From IMG/VR virus record IMGVR_UViG_3300020255_000010, positions 1 through 25,958 of that record: a stretch of DNA of 25,958 bases; one strand, 5' to 3'. Under the pieces are notes generated by a model, which saw only the letters and a list, made by a program, of their open reading frames with translations, did not search any database and had not been told where the DNA came from. Each line of letters starts with the position of its first letter. Within the stretch, counting starts at the first letter, position 1. Both the position numbers and the translations under genes were made by a program. This DNA comes from a virus. Its lineage: Duplodnaviria; Caudoviricetes. This document shows, piece by piece, positions 15,146 through 22,944 of the stretch.

Positions 15146-17689
15146 ATGGGCTTAGCTACAGTTGATGGTATTATTAATGAGCAGAATACATCTTTCGCTG
15201 GTAAAGATGGATTTTATTGGTGGATTGGTGAAGTAGAATCTAATGAAGATCCTATGAATTGTAATAGGGTCAGAGTACGTATAATCAATTATTATACTAA
15301 TCCTGCAGGTTCATCAGTTTCAAATCTACCAACGGAAAATTTACCTTGGGCAACAGTATTACAACATACTTGCCAAGCTGGTAATGATTTACAGGGTGAA
15401 TCTTCTGGACAGTTGCAACCTCGTGCAATTGTTATGGGATTCTTCATGGATGGAGAGGCAGCACAAATGCCTGTTGTTATGGGAGTGTTGAGAGTAAGGA
15501 AGGGTGAAACGGATACGGATAAGAAATTTATGTTGACTGGTGAAGAGATACCAAAGGGTGCAGAAACTAATGCATCTACTACTCCACCAGGACAAACTGA
15601 TACTCAACTTAATAAGAATGAATCTCCAATAGATGCTAATAGTGTTAAAGTATCACCAAATCAAGGTGAAGGTCCAGGAGGTGCTGGATCTCCTTATGGT
15701 ATAGGTACTGCTCCTGGTATTTCTGGATCTAGTTTTAATACTCAGAAACCTACAACACCATCTAAACCTATTCCTACTGCATCAGGTACTGGTGGTCCTA
15801 TTAAGTTATTAGAATATAAACTAACTTATTTGTTGGAAGATCTTGCAGCATCTGCTGGTAACCTAGTCAAAGCTGATGATGGTAGTTTTATTGATGTTAT
15901 TGAGAATAAAGTTGTAACATTAGATAAACTGTTAGGAAAGATTAAAAACTTTATGAGTGCGGTGTTTGCTCAAGTTGTTTCAGCTCTTAGACAAGAACTT
16001 GATATACTTGTGCAGAAAATTACTGAAGCAGCAGTAATGGGAACATCATTCCTTGGTATTCCAGGTGTAACTTTTGCTGCTATTAAATCTGCACTTAGTG
16101 CTATATTGAGTGTTATCTGTGGTATTGATAATAAAATTATAGGATTCATTAATGATCCTATAGGTGCTTTAACTGGTATTATTGATGGAATTGTTGAAGG
16201 TCTTATTTCTAAAGCAGAAGCAGCTCTTCAAGGTGTCCAAGATGTTATTGATTCAATTATTTGTTCAGTGCAAAGCATTCTTGGTCAAGTTTTAGGTATC
16301 ATTCAATCAGTAAAAAACATTGCCAACTTGGGAGGTAAGGCAAAGGAAATTATTGAGATGTGGGAAAAGGGAAGTGCCATCTTCAGTAAAGGTATGGATG
16401 TTGTAAGTAATGGTATTGGTGGATTGGTTGGAATATTGACATTTTTCCTTAGTTTATTTGATTTTGGTTGTAATCGTGAAGCACATGGTGGTAAAAATGA
16501 TGTTGGATGGTATCCTTTCTTTGGTACTACATCTTGTACTCCAGAGGCATTAGCAGCATTACCGTTAGGTAGTGCATATGGTTCTTGTGGTGATGGAAGT
16601 AAGACTGGTGGAAAATCTTCTGGTGGTGGATTCTTAGATTCATTCTTTGAAGAGGCAGATCAATATTTAACAACTGCTAAAAACTTTGTTAATGGTGCTT
16701 ACAATCTTCAGATGGGAACACCAGGAAGACAGGCAACTATTATTAAGGATGCTTCTGGTAAGACAACTACATCAGTTAAACAGAATAATTCCTCATTGGC
16801 AAAATATAAAGCTAATAAAGAGATTCGGATGCAAAATCCAGATCTCAGTGATGAGGAAGTGAAAAAGAAAGTAGATGCTTATGTAAAGAAGAATAGTGGT
16901 TCTGATGATGATCAAGCAAATTTTGTTGCAGACCATACTTCATATCCAAGTAACCATACTCAAGAAGTGCATGGTGATGATTGTAAAACTATTGATGGGG
17001 ATTATTGTAGGACTATCGATGGTGACTATCGTTTAAAAGTTACTGGTGACTGCCATATCGAAGTTGGTGGTGGATTCTTCATGAATGCTCAAGGTGCTCC
17101 TAAGCAAGCTGATGCAAAAGGTAAAGATGCAGAAGATAAGGATAAGATTCAAAAGCATACCATAGCATTTGGATCAGATTTGGATGTTGCTGTTAATGGT
17201 GCTGATTTCAAATTGAATTGCATCGCTGGAGAGTTTGGAATGAGAGATATGAAGGTTGCTTGTAGTACATATGAGAACTTAGGTCAAACTTCAACTTTCT
17301 CTGGTGGTGAGTTTGTGATTAATTCTGGTAATGCTATCACAATGAATACCAAAACACTAACACAGGCAATTAATATGACTAATCCTATTGGATTGGGTGG
17401 TTATACTTGTAGTGTTGGTGGACCTATAACATTCGCACAAACACCAGCAATGGCAGGTGGTTTACCACCATTTACAGCAACGACACCAGGACCAATGATC
17501 TTTAATGCTGCAGCAGCAGGTATAGCAATGAATGTTGCTGCTGGTGCTTGGGCGGTCAATGTAGCGAAAGGTGCTGCTACAATAAACTGTGCAGCAGGTG
17601 CAATTACGTTAACCTGTGCAGCAGGTGTTATGACTTTGACTGCTGGTGCTACATGTAAAGTCACTGCTGGATCTATTTTCTTAAACTAG
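15146..17689 (+). CDS. gp5: Baseplate central spike gp5 (OB domain and beta-helix, no recognisable lysozyme domain)
   Basis: GKDGFYWWIGEVE...RVRVRI...LPWA..VMGFFMDGE.AQ.PVVMG; 8-residue repeats VHGDDCKTIDGDYCRTIDGDYRLKVTGD; ends IFLN. Confidence 0.88.
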   Translation: MGLATVDGIINEQNTSFAGKDGFYWWIGEVESNEDPMNCNRVRVRIINYYTNPAGSSVSNLPTENLPWATVLQHTCQAGNDLQGESSGQLQPRAIVMGFFMDGEAAQMPVVMGVLRVRKGETDTDKKFMLTGEEIPKGAETNASTTPPGQTDTQLNKNESPIDANSVKVSPNQGEGPGGAGSPYGIGTAPGISGSSFNTQKPTTPSKPIPTASGTGGPIKLLEYKLTYLLEDLAASAGNLVKADDGSFIDVIENKVVTLDKLLGKIKNFMSAVFAQVVSALRQELDILVQKITEAAVMGTSFLGIPGVTFAAIKSALSAILSVICGIDNKIIGFINDPIGALTGIIDGIVEGLISKAEAALQGVQDVIDSIICSVQSILGQVLGIIQSVKNIANLGGKAKEIIEMWEKGSAIFSKGMDVVSNGIGGLVGILTFFLSLFDFGCNREAHGGKNDVGWYPFFGTTSCTPEALAALPLGSAYGSCGDGSKTGGKSSGGGFLDSFFEEADQYLTTAKNFVNGAYNLQMGTPGRQATIIKDASGKTTTSVKQNNSSLAKYKANKEIRMQNPDLSDEEVKKKVDAYVKKNSGSDDDQANFVADHTSYPSNHTQEVHGDDCKTIDGDYCRTIDGDYRLKVTGDCHIEVGGGFFMNAQGAPKQADAKGKDAEDKDKIQKHTIAFGSDLDVAVNGADFKLNCIAGEFGMRDMKVACSTYENLGQTSTFSGGEFVINSGNAITMNTKTLTQAINMTNPIGLGGYTCSVGGPITFAQTPAMAGGLPPFTATTPGPMIFNAAAAGIAMNVAAGAWAVNVAKGAATINCAAGAITLTCAAGVMTLTAGATCKVTAGSIFLN

Positions 17690-17718
17690 TTGACAGCACC
17701 TATATCCCATGTTATACT
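17690..17718 (+). promoter_or_regulatory. sigma70-type early promoter
   Basis: TTGACA(17690-17695)-17 nt-TATACT(17713-17718) with TG extension. Confidence 0.85.
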
Positions 17719-17734
17719 AAGGAGGTAGTTGAGG

Positions 17735-17938
17735 ATGTCTGAGGATTCTTTATTGGAACACGTTTACATCAATTTCTCAACTAGAGAAGTCACCATCGAA
17801 TCAAATGAGGGTGAATTAAGGACTGTTGCTTGGAAATGGGATCGAGAAGGATCCGAAGGATTTGCTGAAACAGTACAAACTATTGAAGCAGTTACTGATC
17901 CAGAGCAACGCACATATCAAATTGCATCAGTTGAGTAA
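17735..17938 (+). CDS. Small acidic hypothetical protein
   Basis: ATG 17735 (TTG 17729 alternative) directly after the promoter; TAATG coupling to the next gene. Confidence 0.72.
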   Translation: MSEDSLLEHVYINFSTREVTIESNEGELRTVAWKWDREGSEGFAETVQTIEAVTDPEQRTYQIASVE

Positions 17939-18159
17939 TGGTTGACATTCAAGAAGTGACACAAAAAGAAGCAGAAAGTAATTTGCCTTTTATGCTGGCC
18001 ATGTGTACTAGAAATCGTACTGTATGGAGAATTGTACAAGAAGATGGATCTGTTTCTCTATTGAGTCCTATGATTCAGTCTGGTCCACCTATAGATGAAG
18101 AAGTTATGAATCAGGTAGAAGAATTTAAAAAGGAATTGATTGCATCTGATCAAAAATGA
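17938..18159 (+). CDS. Small hypothetical protein, possibly Phd/YefM-like
   Basis: IQEVTQKEAESNLPFML...VWRIVQEDGSVSLLSP resembles the beta-alpha-alpha-beta-beta Phd pattern; ORF is solid, fold call is tentative. Confidence 0.55.
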   Translation: MVDIQEVTQKEAESNLPFMLAMCTRNRTVWRIVQEDGSVSLLSPMIQSGPPIDEEVMNQVEEFKKELIASDQK

Positions 18160-18773
18160 TTGCATATGTGATTGATGATCTGTTTGATATAAAATATCTT
18201 GCAGATCTTGAACATACTATACTGGAAATTCCAGTTAAAGCAACCAATGTAGCAAATCCAATTTCCTTTCCTCATGGAAGGATTGGTAGTCATAGACTAT
18301 TTGGTGAATGTATATTTGAAAGGGATGGACTCAATCGAGTTGAAACCTTACATAAAGAATCTAGTAAATTCTTTGATACTTTTGCTATTATAGAACAAGA
18401 GGTTTTTAATTCTTCCATTTTTCTTAGGAGGATGGATTTTAATCTTCAATATTATGGTCAGGATGGTACTACTCATGTAGATGGTACTGAAGAGAATGAA
18501 TGGACCATCATGCTCATGACTAATACTAAATGGAAATCTGAATGGGGTGGTCAATTTCAACTGTTAGACGGTGATGAAGTTGTAGAGCAGCATGATTATG
18601 TTCCAGGTAGATTGATTATCTTTCCTGGCCAGGTACCTCATAGAGGTCTTGCCCCTTTGGATAGATATGCTTATAGGTATACACTTGTCTTTAGGGTTTT
18701 TATAGATAACCCTGATGTTATGAGAAAACATTTACCTTATTTCAATTGTAGAAGACTTGACAAGGAGGAATAA
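18156..18773 (+). CDS. 2OG-Fe(II) oxygenase (prolyl-hydroxylase-like)
   Basis: HVD (HxD), WGGQF, PGRLIIFPGQVPHRG, RYTLVF. Confidence 0.85.
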   Translation: MIAYVIDDLFDIKYLADLEHTILEIPVKATNVANPISFPHGRIGSHRLFGECIFERDGLNRVETLHKESSKFFDTFAIIEQEVFNSSIFLRRMDFNLQYYGQDGTTHVDGTEENEWTIMLMTNTKWKSEWGGQFQLLDGDEVVEQHDYVPGRLIIFPGQVPHRGLAPLDRYAYRYTLVFRVFIDNPDVMRKHLPYFNCRRLDKEE

Positions 18774-18785
18774 AACCTATATAAT
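18757..18785 (+). promoter_or_regulatory. Perfect-consensus sigma70 promoter
   Basis: TTGACA(18757-18762)-17 nt-TATAAT(18780-18785). Confidence 0.9.
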
Positions 18786-18805
18786 ACACACAACAGGGCA
18801 AGACG

Positions 18806-18937
18806 ATGCACCTTAAAAGTCACGAAACACCGAGAAAACGAGGTCGCAACACTAAGTCACCTAAAAGTCCTGTTGCAATGAAGCAAGCAAAAGCTAGACT
18901 TCAATCACTTAAACGCAAATTGGGTATTATTAGATGA
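18806..18937 (+). CDS. Small basic protein, 43 aa (missed by ORF track)
   Basis: MHLKSHETPRKRGRNTKSPKSPVAMKQAKARLQSLKRKLGIIR*; first ORF after the consensus promoter; stop overlaps the halogenase start (ATGATG). Confidence 0.72.
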   Translation: MHLKSHETPRKRGRNTKSPKSPVAMKQAKARLQSLKRKLGIIR

Positions 18938-20427
18938 TGGGAGAGTACAAAAGATCTCTAAGTAGAAAGAGTGCTCCCTATAAATTCGTTGTAGTCGGTG
19001 GAGGAACTGCAGGAGCAATAGTTTCAACTTGGTTAAAGGCGTATTGGGGTGATTCAGTCGAAGTAGTAGTTGTTTATAATCATGCGGAGCCGAATATAGG
19101 CATAGGTGAGAGTCTAACACCGATGATGATAACGTATTTAGAACGTGTTGGGATAACGCCAGAAGAGTTAATTAAAAATTGTAACGCAACAGTAAAATTA
19201 GGGTTAAAGTTTAAAAACTGGACTGGGGATGGTAGTTATTTCTACCATCCTTTTGCTTGTTTAGCTAATAGATGGAATAGTTATGGATTTGAAGGAGCGT
19301 ATGGAGTAGTAAATGGTTGCTATGATAATGATGATACTTATGGTAATAATATACTAGATGAAAATAAAGTTCCATTAAATATTTTTAATGAAGGTTCTTA
19401 TACTCTTCACATAGATGGAGTATTGACTAGTAAGTATCTACTTGAGAAATATAAAGATAGACTCACCATCATTGATGATATAATTGTAGATATTACTAAA
19501 GATGAAAGTGGACATATTGCACAAGTAATTGGTAATAAAGGTGAGTATGATGGTGATTTCTTTATTGATGCAACAGGATTTAAAAAATTACTCTTTAAGA
19601 AGTTAGATAATAATAGGTGGTTAGATACAAGTGATTGGTTGCCTTTAAATAGGTGTATTCCAAATCCAATTTTTCGTGAACATAAAACGATACCAGTTAC
19701 TACTACATCAGAAGCTACAGATAATGGATGGATATTGCAAGTTCCCTTGAGAAATAGAATAGGAGCAGGTTATCTATTTTCAACGGAGTTTACAAGTGAT
19801 CAAGAAGCATTAGATAAATTTGATGTATTCTTACAAAAAAATTATGATACAAATTTAAGTAGTGATAAGATAATACCATTTGAAAGTGGATATTGGCATG
19901 ACCAATGGATAGGAAACTGTATGTGCGTTGGTTTATCAAGTGGATTTACAGAACCATTAGAAGCTACTAATGTACATCATGTAATTTTTCAGATGCAAGA
20001 TTTTACTAATAGATTTAATTTTAAAATATTCCAATTTGATATTGATAATTACAATCAAGTGATGAGAGATTTTTATGATAGAGTTTATTTGTTCTTAAGG
20101 TATTGTTATGATTCTGGTAGGACAGACTCAGATTTTTGGAAGTATATGACATATGAGAGACCAGAAAAGATTAAAACCTTATCTGATAAAATAACAGAAG
20201 ATTTTTTAAATACAGATTCATTTCCAACATTTACTATTTTCAATCATGATAATTTCTTTAAGGTTACAAATGGTCATGGCAAGTGTAATAAAGAAAGTTA
20301 TGCTCAGATTTTAGTAGATAGAGGTGTATGGGATCAGGCTCAACAACATCATAATGAGTTGCAGCAACTTAAGCATAATATATACAGATCATCTATAGAT
20401 CATAAGGAATTTTTAGAAACTATATAA
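18934..20427 (+). CDS. Flavin-dependent (tryptophan halogenase family) halogenase
   Basis: VVVGGGTAG FAD motif, IGIGES, NATVKLGLKFKNW (catalytic Lys region), FFIDATGF, GWILQVPL, GLSSGFTEPLEAT. Confidence 0.92.
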   Translation: MMGEYKRSLSRKSAPYKFVVVGGGTAGAIVSTWLKAYWGDSVEVVVVYNHAEPNIGIGESLTPMMITYLERVGITPEELIKNCNATVKLGLKFKNWTGDGSYFYHPFACLANRWNSYGFEGAYGVVNGCYDNDDTYGNNILDENKVPLNIFNEGSYTLHIDGVLTSKYLLEKYKDRLTIIDDIIVDITKDESGHIAQVIGNKGEYDGDFFIDATGFKKLLFKKLDNNRWLDTSDWLPLNRCIPNPIFREHKTIPVTTTSEATDNGWILQVPLRNRIGAGYLFSTEFTSDQEALDKFDVFLQKNYDTNLSSDKIIPFESGYWHDQWIGNCMCVGLSSGFTEPLEATNVHHVIFQMQDFTNRFNFKIFQFDIDNYNQVMRDFYDRVYLFLRYCYDSGRTDSDFWKYMTYERPEKIKTLSDKITEDFLNTDSFPTFTIFNHDNFFKVTNGHGKCNKESYAQILVDRGVWDQAQQHHNELQQLKHNIYRSSIDHKEFLETI

Positions 20428-20428
20428 T

Positions 20429-20614
20429 ATGGATGTATTCGAGGAGATAAAGGATTTTTTGGAAAGACCACCATCACAATTAGCTCAAGAGAGACTTACA
20501 ATCTGTCATAAATGTGAACATTATAACCCTTGGGGTATATGTAATAAGTGTGGGTGTATTCTAGCAATTAAAGCTAGGATACCTCAGATGAAATGTCCTG
20601 TCGGAAAATGGTAA
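20429..20614 (+). CDS. Cys-rich small protein (DUF6171-like)
   Basis: RL.ICHKC...CNKCGC...KA......CPVGKW. Confidence 0.78.
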   Translation: MDVFEEIKDFLERPPSQLAQERLTICHKCEHYNPWGICNKCGCILAIKARIPQMKCPVGKW

Positions 20615-20615
20615 A

Positions 20616-20849
20616 ATGAGAGATACTTTAATTAAAGCACTTTTAGCACATGCTAAAGGTGATATTCAAAAACACGTTGCAAATGTAGAAGTTTACTTAA
20701 GTAACCCTGCTGGTATTGGAGAACATTCCAATATAGTTGAGGCTATTGAAGAAGAGTTAAACATGATTGCTAAATATCAGGATCAAGTTAACGTCATAAA
20801 TACCTACTTCAGAGGTAAAGACAAGGTTAATTTGAATGAAGGATCTTAA
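20616..20849 (+). CDS. Conserved phage hypothetical protein
   Basis: HAKGDIQKHVANVEVYLSNPAGIGEHSNIVEAIE; tightly packed in the operon. Confidence 0.78.
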   Translation: MRDTLIKALLAHAKGDIQKHVANVEVYLSNPAGIGEHSNIVEAIEEELNMIAKYQDQVNVINTYFRGKDKVNLNEGS

Positions 20850-20997
20850 GGCAGCTAAACGATTAATAAAACTTGCAAAGAAACATCCAGATTGGTATAG
20901 TAAAAAAGACGTATATTATGCTAAGATGGTTAAAAAAGAACTCAAAAAGGAGGAAAAACTAAAGGATGAAAAAAGAAATGTTGAAGGAGATTCCTAA
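20836..20997 (+). CDS. Small Lys-rich protein, 53 aa (missed by ORF track)
   Basis: MKDLKAAKRLIKLAKKHPDWYSKKDVYYAKMVKKELKKEEKLKDEKRNVEGDS*; fills the gap between neighbours. Confidence 0.68.
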   Translation: MKDLKAAKRLIKLAKKHPDWYSKKDVYYAKMVKKELKKEEKLKDEKRNVEGDS

Positions 20998-21148
20998 TTG
21001 GGAAAAATCCTACTTAGACATGGCTAAAAGTGATCTATCTAAGCAACAGATAGAACTCCTTGAAGGTAGAGACATAAGATCTCATGAAGGGATGATCTAT
21101 GGTCAGATGTATAATGATTGGAAACTAAGGAGGAATTTCAATGTTTAG
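20966..21148 (+). CDS. Small hypothetical protein
   Basis: 60-aa ORF with AGGAGG upstream; overlaps the ho1 start. Confidence 0.7.
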   Translation: MKKEMLKEIPNWEKSYLDMAKSDLSKQQIELLEGRDIRSHEGMIYGQMYNDWKLRRNFNV

Positions 21149-21833
21149 TCTTGAATTGAAAGAAGGTACTAGTAAGTCTCATTCAGCAGCAGAGAATACT
21201 AAATTTGTATCTCAATTTCTTAAGGGTGTATTAAATCCTGAAGAGTATTGTAAATTGCTTAGTGATTTCTATTATGTCTATGACACAATGGAAACTAGAA
21301 TACAAGAGTCTAAGGATCCTTTAGTGCAAGTCCTTAAACAATGGAATGTGCAACTTTTTCGCACAGCTTTTATTAGTAGGGATCTTAGATATTATTATGG
21401 TCCTATGTGGAGAGATAAGGCAACACCATCAGAGGCTTGTAATACTTATTGTTATAGACTTAATGAAGTAGCAGAGAAAGATCCATATCTTCTTATAGCA
21501 CATCATTATACTAGGTATATTGGTGATTTGTCTGGTGGTAAGATACTTGGAGGTATTGCAGAGAAAGCATTGACTCCACCTGTAGGAGAAGGATTGCATT
21601 TCTATGAGTTTCCTAGAATTGAAGATGCTAAAGCATTTAAGAAAAATTATAGAGCAGTGTTGGATGGTTTAGAACTTGACGAGCAACAAAGAAATGCTAT
21701 AATAGTTGAAGCAAATTATGCATTTAGATTGAACATGTATATGTTTGATGAATTGCAAGGCAATGCTTCAAAATCTTTATGGAAAATACTATGGAATACC
21801 TTGACTAATGCAAGAAATTCTGTATCCGTTTAG
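21141..21833 (+). CDS. ho1: Heme oxygenase (biliverdin-forming)
   Basis: LKEGT..SH.AAEN (proximal His), LLIAHHYTRYIGDLSGG, GLHFYEF, EANYAFRLNMYMFDEL. Confidence 0.95.
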   Translation: MFSLELKEGTSKSHSAAENTKFVSQFLKGVLNPEEYCKLLSDFYYVYDTMETRIQESKDPLVQVLKQWNVQLFRTAFISRDLRYYYGPMWRDKATPSEACNTYCYRLNEVAEKDPYLLIAHHYTRYIGDLSGGKILGGIAEKALTPPVGEGLHFYEFPRIEDAKAFKKNYRAVLDGLELDEQQRNAIIVEANYAFRLNMYMFDELQGNASKSLWKILWNTLTNARNSVSV

Positions 21834-22440
21834 TCCTCTAGTTTTTAGGGATATCATATCAGATGAATTCCATGAGTTTCTTATGGATGGTCTTGATAGT
21901 AGTCGTGATGGTTATGATTATAGTAAACATTTAGCTGGTAATATAAAAAATCAAAGGGGTGGAGAATATGATCCACACTTGTTTTATGATTATATTAATC
22001 CATATGTGCAAGCATATTATCAACATGAGAATAAAGATCGTAACTTTTTCGACACTAATGATCCATTATATGAGGAAAAAAATTTAAAGAATGTAACTTA
22101 TGATCTAGGTGAGATTGGACCTTGGATTAATTTTCAAGAACAACATGATTACAATCCATTACATCGTCATAATGGAGATCTTAGTGCAATTATTTTTATT
22201 GATATACCTGAAGAAATTGCGGAAGATAGACTATATCAGAGAAGGAATGGTTCGCCAAATTGTGCTAGTGGATTAGTTGATTTCTGGCATAATAATTTAA
22301 ATTGGTTTATTAGTCCAAAGACTAAACAAATCATGTTATTTCCATCGAATTTACTACATGGAGTTTATCCGTTTAGTATTAATGTTCAAAGAATTACTAT
22401 GAGTTTTAATTTACACAACCTTAAAAAACATTATGAGTAA
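21808..22440 (+). CDS. Putative 2OG-Fe(II) oxygenase
   Basis: LAGNI, WINFQ..HDYNPLHRH.GDLSAIIFIDIP, LFPSNLLHGVYPF..RITMSFN. Confidence 0.85.
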   Translation: MQEILYPFSPLVFRDIISDEFHEFLMDGLDSSRDGYDYSKHLAGNIKNQRGGEYDPHLFYDYINPYVQAYYQHENKDRNFFDTNDPLYEEKNLKNVTYDLGEIGPWINFQEQHDYNPLHRHNGDLSAIIFIDIPEEIAEDRLYQRRNGSPNCASGLVDFWHNNLNWFISPKTKQIMLFPSNLLHGVYPFSINVQRITMSFNLHNLKKHYE

Positions 22441-22594
22441 AATACCAGATGATTACAAAGAAATGCTTATTGATATGTCTAAAGATTTAGACGGAACATT
22501 AAGTTTTCATGATTGTTATGATAGTAATGGTATCGCATATGAAAAAGTTGTGCTAGAATATGGTCATAAAAAAATAAAGGAACGCAATGGCTGA
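22433..22594 (+). CDS. Small hypothetical protein, 53 aa (missed by ORF track)
   Basis: MSKIPDDYKEMLIDMSKDLDGTLSFHDCYDSNGIAYEKVVLEYGHKKIKERNG*; fills the gap, TGATG coupling to 22594. Confidence 0.68.
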   Translation: MSKIPDDYKEMLIDMSKDLDGTLSFHDCYDSNGIAYEKVVLEYGHKKIKERNG

Positions 22595-22763
22595 TGTCAA
22601 AGCAAACGAAGACGGAAGTTTCACAATCGAGTGGGACAAAGAAGACCCCTACGAAAGCATCTTCAACGACTGGACGCAAGAAGACTTCTCCAACGCTCTC
22701 AAAGAATACATCCAAGAGAAGGAGGAAGAAGAAAGACGAAATCAAAGTAATAAAGACTCGTAA
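22587..22763 (+). CDS. Small acidic protein, 58 aa, overlapping 22594..22911 in another frame (missed by ORF track)
   Basis: MADVKANEDGSFTIEWDKEDPYESIFNDWTQEDFSNALKEYIQEKEEEERRNQSNKDS*; AAGGA upstream; protein-like composition. Confidence 0.68.
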   Translation: MADVKANEDGSFTIEWDKEDPYESIFNDWTQEDFSNALKEYIQEKEEEERRNQSNKDS

Positions 22764-22911
22764 GAAAGACTTATTTCCACATGGAGACACGTTTCCATAC
22801 TTTATGGAAGATAAGACTGATAATAAGAAGTGCTGGTTTCAATGTATCGAGCATGTTGAATCGTATCTGCAAAGATATAAGCATGAATATAAATTATACA
22901 ACCTGTATTAG
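22594..22911 (+). CDS. Hypothetical protein with basic disordered N-terminus and compact C-terminal domain
   Basis: TGATG-coupled start; C-terminal LFPH..FPY.MEDK..KKCWFQC.EH..YL.RY domain. Confidence 0.65.
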   Translation: MSKQTKTEVSQSSGTKKTPTKASSTTGRKKTSPTLSKNTSKRRRKKKDEIKVIKTRKKDLFPHGDTFPYFMEDKTDNKKCWFQCIEHVESYLQRYKHEYKLYNLY

Positions 22912-22919
22912 TATAAATA
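22912..22919 (+). promoter_or_regulatory. T4 late promoter (perfect TATAAATA)
   Basis: TATAAATA 25 nt upstream of GTG 22945. Confidence 0.85.
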
Positions 22920-22944
22920 ACCTTGTAGCATAGTGTGATAATTC

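Noticed and set aside
18806-20427. RiPP precursor plus halogenase cluster
   Set aside because: The peptide lacks Trp/Tyr and leader-core organisation; no protease or exporter nearby.
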